This document shows positions 38,699 to 46,169 of a stretch of 47,092 nucleotides of DNA, in pieces. Source of the stretch: Deltaproteobacteria bacterium (GTDB taxonomy: Bacteria > Desulfobacterota > Desulfobacteria > Desulfobacterales > ETH-SRB1). Location: positions 1-47,092 of the forward strand of contig JAJSZP010000001.1 in assembly GCA_030262775.1 (NCBI GenBank). The letters are read 5' to 3'. The notes below the pieces were generated by a model, which had not been told where the DNA came from, did no database searches, and saw nothing but the letters and a program-made list of their open reading frames with translations. Made by a program: the position numbers and the translations under genes. Numbering within the stretch: position 1 is the stretch's first letter; each line of letters begins with the position of its first letter.

Positions 38699-40522
38699 TT
38701 ACAGATTCGTCATTCCCTGATCCCTGACCCCTAATCCCTGTCCTTGAGTTCCACATATCCTGAGACACCGTTTAGCCTCAAGTCTGGCCTGCTGCTCGCT
38801 GAAACCTGAATCAATCTCTTCAAAACTGCTTTTTCGCCGGTCAATTGAAAGGCACTGCATTTGCTGCCTGTCTGCAAGTTTCACATTCTGCGGTTCAAAC
38901 TCAATGCTATTCCATTTCTGAGAGCGACCTGCCTTAATGTCCTCTCCTTTAAGATAGCGATCAATGGATATGGCTGCATCCTTTCCGGAAGCGACAGCTT
39001 TCACCACCGAACGCGGACCATAAGAAGCATCGCCGCCGACAAAAATTCCCGGGATATTGGTTTCAAGGGTAAAGGGATCTTTAACTACCGGGCCCATTGG
39101 AGAGACCTCAAGATCAGGCACCCCTTTGACAAAAGACATATCACAGGCCTGCCCTATAGACAGCAGCACGGTATCAGCTTCCACTGTCATTAATTCAGTC
39201 TCATCATATTGAGGATTGAAACGGCCATTTGCATCAAGAACAGCGATGCATCGTTTGAATTCAATTCTCTTGACATGCCCGTTTTTTCCTATAAAACATC
39301 CTGGGCCCCAGTTGTTTATTATAACTATTCCCTCATCCAGCGCATTCTTTATCTCATATTTCCAGGCATGCATCTCGTCACGACCCTCAAGACACACTAT
39401 CCGAACCTCCTTGGCTCCGCTTCTAAGAGCAGTAAGAGCAACATCTATGGCTACATTTCCGCCGCCTATAACTATTGCCCTTTCACCAATACTTACTTTG
39501 CCTTTAAGAGAAACATCTTTTAGAAAATCAATGCCATGAATTATTCCTTCAAGATTCTCTCCTTTCACATTCAAGCCGCGGCTGACATGACGACCTACAG
39601 CAATGAAAAATGCCTTGCAGCCCTCATTTCTAAGGCTTTCAATTGTTATCTCTTTTCCTAAAGTAATGCCGGTCTTGATCTCTACACCCATATCAATAAT
39701 AGTTTTTATCTCCTTCCTGAGAATATCACGGGGAAGACGATATGCCGGAATACCCACAGCCATCATACCGCCTGCCACCGGCAGCCTGTCAAAGACCGTC
39801 ACGGGATATCCCTTAATAGCAAGAAAATATGCTGCACTTAAACCAGCAGGGCCAGCACCTATCACAGCCACTTTGTCTTCTTTCTTTTCTTCTGTTTCAG
39901 GAACATAGTTAATGTCTCCTGCAAGATCTCTGTCAGCTAAAAACCGTTTAAGATATTCAATAGCAACCGGTTCATCCACTTTATTTCTATTGCACTTGTT
40001 TTCACATGGATGGTAGCATATACGGCCGCAAATACAGGGGAAAGGCATTTCCTCTTTGATTAGTTTCAGGCCGTCTCTGTATCTTCCCTCTGTAATCATT
40101 CCAATAAATCCCTGAATGCTGATATGAGCCGGACATGCAGCCTTGCAGGGAGCAGTCCCAAACTTTTCAAATGCAGCAGCATAATTATCACTTACGGCTT
40201 TACTCTGCAAAGCATCCATAACTTCACTTATATGGATACCCTGGGGACAGGAAAATCTACAGGATTCACAGTGAGAACAACACCATATGTTGTCAGAGGA
40301 AAGCACTTGATCTTTAAGCCCAAGAATAACCATATGTATGATTTTTCTTGGATCAAATTGAGAACAGGCATTACTAACGGGACAAGCTGCAATACATGCT
40401 CCACATGTAAAACAATTTTTGACAAGTTCATTCCCCGGAACATTGGCTATTTCAAATTTAAACGCCGGATCCAGGTCATTACTACTTATTGCCAAATCAA
40501 ACACCCACTCGTTGCTGTTCAT
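38699..40522 (-). CDS. HdrC-like 4Fe-4S domain fused to a GltD/NfnB-like NAD(P)H-dependent flavoprotein
   Basis: 607 aa. The N-terminus has CFTCGACIAACP...CCSHCESCRFSCP (HdrC-like). This is followed by CPAHISIQGF...GRICYHPCENKC and VAVIGAGPAGLSAAYFLA (glutamate synthase small-subunit-like). Confidence 0.85.
   Translation of the reverse strand: MNSNEWVFDLAISSNDLDPAFKFEIANVPGNELVKNCFTCGACIAACPVSNACSQFDPRKIIHMVILGLKDQVLSSDNIWCCSHCESCRFSCPQGIHISEVMDALQSKAVSDNYAAAFEKFGTAPCKAACPAHISIQGFIGMITEGRYRDGLKLIKEEMPFPCICGRICYHPCENKCNRNKVDEPVAIEYLKRFLADRDLAGDINYVPETEEKKEDKVAVIGAGPAGLSAAYFLAIKGYPVTVFDRLPVAGGMMAVGIPAYRLPRDILRKEIKTIIDMGVEIKTGITLGKEITIESLRNEGCKAFFIAVGRHVSRGLNVKGENLEGIIHGIDFLKDVSLKGKVSIGERAIVIGGGNVAIDVALTALRSGAKEVRIVCLEGRDEMHAWKYEIKNALDEGIVIINNWGPGCFIGKNGHVKRIEFKRCIAVLDANGRFNPQYDETELMTVEADTVLLSIGQACDMSFVKGVPDLEVSPMGPVVKDPFTLETNIPGIFVGGDASYGPRSVVKAVASGKDAAISIDRYLKGEDIKAGRSQKWNSIEFEPQNVKLADRQQMQCLSIDRRKSSFEEIDSGFSEQQARLEAKRCLRICGTQGQGLGVRDQGMTNL
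38714..38741 (-). other. Heptamer tandem repeat forming a canonical G-quadruplex motif on the mRNA strand
   Basis: The plus strand reads TCCCTGA TCCCTGA CCCCTAA TCCCTGT. The minus strand therefore reads GGG-ATTA-GGGG-TCA-GGG-ATCA-GGG, which is four G3+ tracts with loops of 4 nt or less. It lies in the last ~10 codons of the hdrC::gltD-like gene. Confidence 0.7.
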
Positions 40523-40598
40523 CCAGACAATAAATTGTCGGGCTATTTTCGAATGTCCCTAACAGGATAAAACGATACTTCCCCCAACTCGTGGATAC

Positions 40599-40646
40599 GC
40601 CCTTTCCCACCTTCTTACTTTCCCTTTTTCTCACTTTTTCACTTTC
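40599..40646. repeat. Polypyrimidine (plus strand) / polypurine (mRNA) tract with CACTTT / CTTTCCC units
   Basis: The mRNA strand reads GAAAGUGAAAAAGUGAGAAAAAGGGAAAGUAAGAAGGUGGGAAAGGG. This spans the stop codon of the hdrC::fdx::mvhD gene and shares the AAAGUGAG core with 29181-29236. Confidence 0.7.
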
Positions 40647-41632
40647 AACGGGCCGGCGCCCAATCTTTTAATTCGCTCAGTCATATCTTTAGCGGCATCA
40701 ATAAATCCCTGATTCGATTCGCGGGAAATCATGTACATCTCAATACGCGAAGGGTCTATGTTTAACTGCGAAAGAACATTTTTTACATAATTCACTCTAT
40801 TTGATGCAACCTGGCTTCCTTTAACATTGTGACAAGTATCTTCCAGACACCCGGCTACATAAACACCATCTGCGCCATCTTCAAACGCTTTTAACAAACG
40901 ACTTATACTGATGTTGCCGCTGCAGGGAAGTATTTCTACGCTAACATTCTTTGGGAATCCCAAATTAGACAGATTGTTCAGATCCTGTGAATACGCATAA
41001 GCTGTATAGTGGCAGCAAAATGCCACGATATCGGGTTCATCCGAATTGTCCGGCTGATCTGCCTGACGTAATAAGTCAAACAAACTAAAGCGGTTAACGT
41101 CTTCCGATGTTTTCAACTCAATGGCCTTAACCGGACACCCTGCAACACATATTCCGCAAGCCACACATTTAAGCGGTTCAATATGAGCAACTCCCTTTCC
41201 CGCCTCAATGCTCGGAGCAGTAAATGGACACAAACGCACACAAGTCAGACAGCCCACGCAAAGTTTTTCATCCACAACAGCCAGCTTGCCCATTTCACTT
41301 AAAGTATCTGCATCTACATATCCATCCTGCAATGCCAGTACCTTCAGAGCTTTAATAACATCATTAAATCGAACGTCCTGCGGACACACAAATTTACAGG
41401 TGCGACAGCCTGTGCAATACCAGAGCAAATCAGATGAAAGCAGCTTTTTTTTCAGGCCGAGAGATATCATGTGAAGAATTTTTCTGGGATCAAATTCAGG
41501 TATTATCTGGCTGACCGGGCAGACACCGGTACAACTGCCGCATTCAAAACATTCTTTGACATTTTCACCTTCCGGAAGTTCTGCTACTTCAAACTTAAAC
41601 CGAGGTTCTAAATCTTCTTTATATATTGTCAT
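40631..41632 (-). CDS. HdrC-like / 2x[4Fe-4S] ferredoxin / MvhD-like triple-fusion iron-sulfur protein
   Basis: 333 aa. The N-terminus CFECGSCTGVCP...CTGCRTCKFVCP is paralogous to the N-terminus of 38699-40522. The middle has CVGCLTCVRLCP and CVACGICVAGCP. The C-terminus has IVAFCCHY...GADGVYVAGCLEDTCHN (MvhD-like). Confidence 0.85.
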   Translation of the reverse strand: MTIYKEDLEPRFKFEVAELPEGENVKECFECGSCTGVCPVSQIIPEFDPRKILHMISLGLKKKLLSSDLLWYCTGCRTCKFVCPQDVRFNDVIKALKVLALQDGYVDADTLSEMGKLAVVDEKLCVGCLTCVRLCPFTAPSIEAGKGVAHIEPLKCVACGICVAGCPVKAIELKTSEDVNRFSLFDLLRQADQPDNSDEPDIVAFCCHYTAYAYSQDLNNLSNLGFPKNVSVEILPCSGNISISRLLKAFEDGADGVYVAGCLEDTCHNVKGSQVASNRVNYVKNVLSQLNIDPSRIEMYMISRESNQGFIDAAKDMTERIKRLGAGPLKVKK

Positions 41633-41648
41633 AATTTCCTGCTCTTTA

Positions 41649-41662
41649 AGTGCCTAAAATGC
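41649..41662. repeat. Left arm of the 14-nt inverted repeat bracketing the DUF4160/DUF2442 cassette
   Basis: AGTGCCTAAAATGC compares with the reverse complement of 42353-42366 (AGTGCCTGAAATGC) at 13 of 14 positions. The left arm is part of a local tandem TGCCTAAAA/TGCCTAAAG. Confidence 0.65.
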
Positions 41663-41761
41663 CTAAAGTTGTGGTGCGCCTTCTGCGAGCTGTATCGCAT
41701 AATGATTGGCTTGAGCTGCGAACCGCTAAAAGCGACAAAAATCGTCAGATCAATGCCTTTG

Positions 41762-42007
41762 TTAGGCATTTGTATGTACAGAAACTTGCCATCGCGCCTC
41801 AATAGTATCTGCGGATAAATCCGCACCACAATCCCATTCTATAAAATATCCTCCATTTGAAATCCGCATAAACTCATTTGTGTTTTTCAAATCGGCAAAC
41901 GCTTCATATTTTAAATAAGGATTAACATCAAAAGTACCGATACGACCATCATCAGCAACTATTTGTAAAATATAATTATCATACGGGTTAACTTCTATAA
42001 TTTTCAT
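41762..42007 (-). CDS. DUF2442-family small protein
   Basis: 81 aa. The sequence MKIIEVNPYDNYILQIVADDGRIGTFDV..YL......L......F....NGGYFIEW.CGADLSADTI fits my recollection of the DUF2442 pattern. Its ATG overlaps the stop of the upstream ORF (ATGA). Confidence 0.7.
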   Translation of the reverse strand: MKIIEVNPYDNYILQIVADDGRIGTFDVNPYLKYEAFADLKNTNEFMRISNGGYFIEWDCGADLSADTIEARWQVSVHTNA

Positions 42008-42276
42008 TGATCAAGTCCTCGGATTGGAAATGGTTTTTTGCCATTTACTGCCAATTCCCAGTCAACAAACAAGTCTTCTTGGTGAATTACAATCCAGGCA
42101 ACTACCAGCTTATGTTTTTTGGGTGGCAACTCACCCGCCAGTAATGTCCCATCATGAATCGAATAAACGGCTACCTTTCCCTGATATTCAGCATGTATAT
42201 GCGGCGTATGATGTTTCTCAATATCATGAAAAAACATCCGAATAAGAATCCCATAGAACATTGAAATTGTGGGCAT
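42004..42276 (-). CDS. DUF4160-family small protein
   Basis: I place the start at MPTISMFYGILIRMFFHDIEKHHTPHIHAEY (ATG at 42276). The MP.I..FYGI and H.PH.H motifs fit the DUF4160 pattern. The track ORF starts 12 codons earlier at a GTG. Confidence 0.7.
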   Translation of the reverse strand: MPTISMFYGILIRMFFHDIEKHHTPHIHAEYQGKVAVYSIHDGTLLAGELPPKKHKLVVAWIVIHQEDLFVDWELAVNGKKPFPIRGLDQ

Positions 42277-42352
42277 TATATTTTCTTCTTGCAGTTTCTG
42301 TGTACAAGCCACTTCTCAAATGGCATCATTTCTTAACTTTAGCTCACTCTAT

Positions 42353-42366
42353 GCATTTCAGGCACT
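42353..42366. repeat. Right arm of the inverted repeat bracketing the DUF4160/DUF2442 cassette
   Basis: GCATTTCAGGCACT. It overlaps the stop codon of the Sec-mvhD gene (42365-42367). Confidence 0.65.
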
Positions 42367-43129
42367 ATTTAGTTGCCGACAACCGGCCTTCAGCTTTAAC
42401 CACCAACCCTTTTTTGCGAAATGCGGCTACATATTTTTCAACGTCTGTTCCGGACACCCCTATCTTTTCGGTCAAATCGTCAATAGCAATAGGCCCTTGT
42501 TTTTGTATGCGAAGTAAAGTCTCATTTCTATCTATTTCAGTACCTATTGACTTTGTCAGCTTCTCATTCACCTTATCCTTTATTTGCTGATCAGAATAAT
42601 CACCTTCTTTACGGAATCCCTTTGTAAGGTTACCAAGCCCTGTCCGCAATTTTGCTTTCTCAAGCGCACTTCTCGCCGCCAAAAGCTTGATCTGCAACTC
42701 ATCATCCTTACTAACGCCGCCGGGCTCTCTCAAAGGGCCAAGGGACTTGATTCTATCGGTAAAATCAGTGATCAACTTTACAAATCGCGGGCCCTCGGCC
42801 GCTGATGCCCATTTTAATACAAAACGGTCGCTATCAATACCGATCTTTGCCAATATCTTCCTGACAAATTCCTCCATTATCATTGCATCGTAATTACCAA
42901 CCTGGTAATGACATTCTCCAAGGTGTCAACCACCCACAAAAACACCGTCTGTTCCAACACAAAAGGCATCTATAATAAAAAGTGGATCCATTCTCCCTGT
43001 ACACATCATACGAATTGTTCTAACATTCGGCGGGTATTGATACCGTGCCACACCCGCTGAATCTGCAGCCGCATAACAGCACCAGTTACACATGAATCCA
43101 AGTATCTTAGGGTTAAATTTTTGGCCCAT
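42365..43129 (-). CDS. mvhD: Selenocysteine-containing MvhD-like protein with a ~110-aa C-terminal extension
   Basis: Track ORFs 42926-43228 and 42365-42883 are in the same frame across TGA (42926-42928). The joined sequence reads ...GTDGVFVGG-U-HLGECHYQVGNYDAMIMEEF..., with U at the position of the conserved Cys (GC..G.CHY). I place the start at MGQKFNPKILGFMCNWC (43129) because a GGAGG lies upstream. Confidence 0.85.
42890..42912 (-). promoter_or_regulatory. Putative SECIS hairpin for Sec-mvhD
   Basis: The mRNA reads UGA + 13 nt + GU(C)AUUACC-AGGUU-GGUAAU(U)AC. This gives 8 bp with a 1x1 internal loop and an apical loop containing GGU. Confidence 0.6.
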
Positions 43130-43137
43130 TGCTCCTC

Positions 43138-46100
43138 CTATCCTCCAAAGGCCTTTATCTGAGACCTGATCTGCTCGGTTGTAAAACCTCCCATAGATAT
43201 AGCCAGTTTTGGACAATGGGATGCGCAAATCCCACAGCCTTTACAAGAGGCAGAAATAGTTTCTGCCTTTTTCTTCTTGCCTTCCTTGACCATTTGAATC
43301 GCCTGATACGGACAAAGGCTTACGCAAATCCCACACCCAATGCAAATTTCAGGATTCACCTTAGATACAATCGGCGCTACTGATATGACACCTTTTGCCA
43401 GAGGCAGCGCTGCCTTGCCGGCAGCAGATTTTGCCTGAGCAATAGATTCATTAACCGGTTTTGGGGAATGGGCAAGCCCACACATGAATATACCGTCAAC
43501 AGCAAATTCAACCGGACGGAGCTTGACATGTGCCTCCAGGAAAAACTTATCCTTTGTCACAGGTACCTTGAGCATCTTTGACAGGCTATCAACATCGTTT
43601 GGCACTATTCCAACGCTCAGTACGAGAAGATCCGGCTCAAGGGTAATATCTTCATCAAGCATTTCATCAAAAAAAGTAACGGAAAGCTTGCCGTTTGTGT
43701 CAGTTGCAACAGGCGCTTTTTCCTTGTCATAATTGACAAAAACAACGCCTTTTTCTCTTGCCTTTTTATAGTAGTCTTCCATAAATCCGTAAGTACGTAT
43801 ATCTCTGTAAAGGATATAAATATTGGTATTCGGGTATTTATCTAAAATCCTCAACGCATTTTTCACGGCCTGACCGCAACATACCTTGCTGCAATAAGAA
43901 AGGTCATCACCCCGGGAACCAACGCATTGAATCATAACAACCTGCTGGAGATTTTCCTTCAGGTCACCGGAAGAAATAGCATTTTCCAATTCTATCTGGG
44001 TTATAACCTGTTTGGACGTTTCGTAACAATACTGCTTTGGCTCATACGGACGGCCGCCGGTGGCAATAATAATTACACCGTGCTCAATAACTTGTGTCCC
44101 CAAAGCAGAAGAAATGTTAGTGGCAAAGTTCCCCACATAGCCGGATACGCTTTCAATCTCAGCTCCGGTATAAACCTGTATCAAATCATTGGAAGCTATT
44201 TTTTTCTCAACTTCTTTAACTACTTTTCTTGGGTCCTCACCAGATAGCAGAGCGCTCACATTCCTCAAATTGCCGCCAAGTTTGTCTGACTTTTCTATTA
44301 GAAAGGTCTCAAATCCCTGCTCCGCCATACTCAACGCTGCTGTCATTCCTGAAATTCCACCACCTATGACCAGCGCTTTCGGTATAACAGGAATCTGCTG
44401 TTCCGGAAGCGGTTGCGACAGGATAGCCTTTGCAACCGCCATCCTGACCAGTTCCTTTGCTTTTTCCGTAGCTTCTTCAGGTTCTCCTGCATGCACCCAC
44501 GAACACTGGTCCCTGATGTTTACCATTTCAAACAAAGCACGGTTCAGGCCGGTATCCCTCAGTGTTTCCTGAAACAATGGCTCATGTGTACGGGGTGTAC
44601 AGGCGGAAACTATAACTCGATTAAGATTATGTTCTTTAATCTTTTCCTTTAAGATATGTTGAGCATCCTGAGAACAACTATACAGGCTTTGATCCGCATA
44701 AACAACGTGATCAAGAGTTGATGCATATTCTCTAACTGCAGCAACGTCAATAACGCCGGAAATATTGCTTCCACAGTGGCACACAAAAACACCTATTCTT
44801 GGCTCATCTTCTATTACAAGCTCTGGAGGGTATTCTTTTTTTTCAACCTGGCTGCCCCTTACTTTGTTTAGCAATGAGTCAACAGAAGCCACAGCGCCGG
44901 TTGCTTCCGTAACGCTCTCCGGGATATCTTTCGGCCCTCCAAAAGCGCCTGCCACAAAGATACCCTGTCTTGATGTCTGAAGAGGAGTAAAAGCTTTAGT
45001 GCTGCAAAATTCATACTTATTAATATCAATACCGCAGATACGAGCAAGATCATCAGCCCCTTCAGGTGATTCCAGACCTTCGGAAAGAACAACCATGTCA
45101 AAAGATTCTCCGTGATGAACTCCTCGCCCATCCACGTATGATATCCTCAATTGATCCCCTTGTTCCTGAATTCCCGCAATACGGGATCTGACAAATTTGA
45201 TGCCGTATTTTTCCCTGGCTCGTTGACGGGATGCATCAAATTCCTTGCCCTGGGTCCTCATATCCATATAAAATATGGTTATATCAAGATCAGGGTCGTG
45301 TTCTTTTGCCACAGAGGCCTCTTTAATTGCATACATACAGCAAACTGAAGAACAGTATCCATTTCCACATGTTTCATCCCTTGACCCTATACACTGGAGG
45401 AATGCAATATTTTTTGGATGGCGCTGATCCGACGGCCTGACAATCACCCCTTCAGTAGGACCTGATGCACAAGTCAACCGCTCGAATTCTAAACTTTTAA
45501 GCACATCAGGATATTTGCCGAAACCGTGGCGGCCAAGAACTTCATCATCAATACGACCAAACCCGGGAGTCAATATTACAGAACCTACGGATAGATTGTG
45601 TTCTTCCTCTGTCTGGCTAAAATCTATGGCCTGCGCCTGACATGTTGAAACACAGATACGACACATCTCATGATTTAGAAAAAGGCACTCTATAGGATTG
45701 ATATAAAAACTCGACGGCACTGCCTGGGGATAATCTTTATGAAGGCTTTTTGTTAACGCAAGGCTTTCATTAAATATATCTGCAGTTATAACAGGGCAAT
45801 ACATAGTGCATGTGCCGCAGGCAGTACAAAGATCCTGGTTTATGTATCGCGGAGCAGTATGCACGCGAGCGGTAAAGTTCCCTGCCTCACCCTGAACAGA
45901 TTCCAATTGAGCGTTTGTCAGTATCTTTATGTTTGGAGACCGACCGGCCTCAACCAACTTTGGTCCGAGTATTCAGATAGCACAGTCACTGGTAGGAAAG
46001 GTCTTGTCTAATCGAGCCATTACCCCGCCAATTGATGCTGATTTCTCAACAAGGTAAACAAAATAACCCAGCTCAGAAAGATCCAAAGATGCCTGAATAC

Positions 46101-46164
46101 CTGCCACACCGCCGCCTACGACAAGAACAGAACCCATTTTTGCTGTTTTACTTTTTTCTTTCAT
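43138..46164 (-). CDS. hdrA: Selenocysteine-containing HdrA-like flavoprotein, tandem-duplicated type
   Basis: Track ORFs 45973-46164 and 43138-45957 are in the same frame across TGA (45973-45975). The joined sequence reads LDKTFPTSDCAI-U-ILGPKLVEAGRSPNIKIL, and the canonical HdrA motif is DC..C-IL. There are two FAD folds (VLVVGGGVAGIQASLDL and ALVIGGGISGMTAALSM), multiple 4Fe-4S motifs, and a C-terminal ferredoxin domain. Confidence 0.88.
45936..45951 (-). promoter_or_regulatory. Putative SECIS hairpin for Sec-hdrA
   Basis: The mRNA reads UGA + 21 nt + GAGGCC-GGUC-GGUCUC, a 6-bp stem. The GGUC apical loop is the same tetranucleotide as in the E. coli fdhF SECIS loop. Confidence 0.6.
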
Positions 46165-46169
46165 ATTTA

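Noticed and set aside
40581-40609. Second G-quadruplex candidate (C5...CCC...CCC on the plus strand)
   Set aside because: The tracts are separated by loops of 13-14 nt, and only three or four weak tracts are present. It does not meet the canonical G3+N1-7 definition.
41752-41770. Hairpin AATGCCT-TTGTT-AGGCATT at the DUF2442 stop as an intrinsic terminator
   Set aside because: The stem is only 7 bp and AT-rich. On the mRNA strand it is not followed directly by a U-tract (GAUCUGACGAUUUUU comes after a gap). It is too weak to call.
41629-41829. 66-aa minus-strand ORF overlapping the DUF2442 3' end and the spacer
   Set aside because: It overlaps a better-supported gene in another frame, has no SD, and its sequence has no family features.
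43130-43228. 33-codon N-terminal extension of the track ORF 42926-43228 (MRIPLSKTGYIYG...)
   Set aside because: It overlaps the hdrA 3' end. The family-typical N-terminus MGQKFNPKILGFMCNWC begins at 43129 with a GGAGG just upstream.
45973-46164. Stand-alone 63-aa ORF (MKEKSKTAKMGSVLVVGGG...)
   Set aside because: It is the N-terminal FAD-binding fold of HdrA and continues in frame through TGA into 43138-45957.
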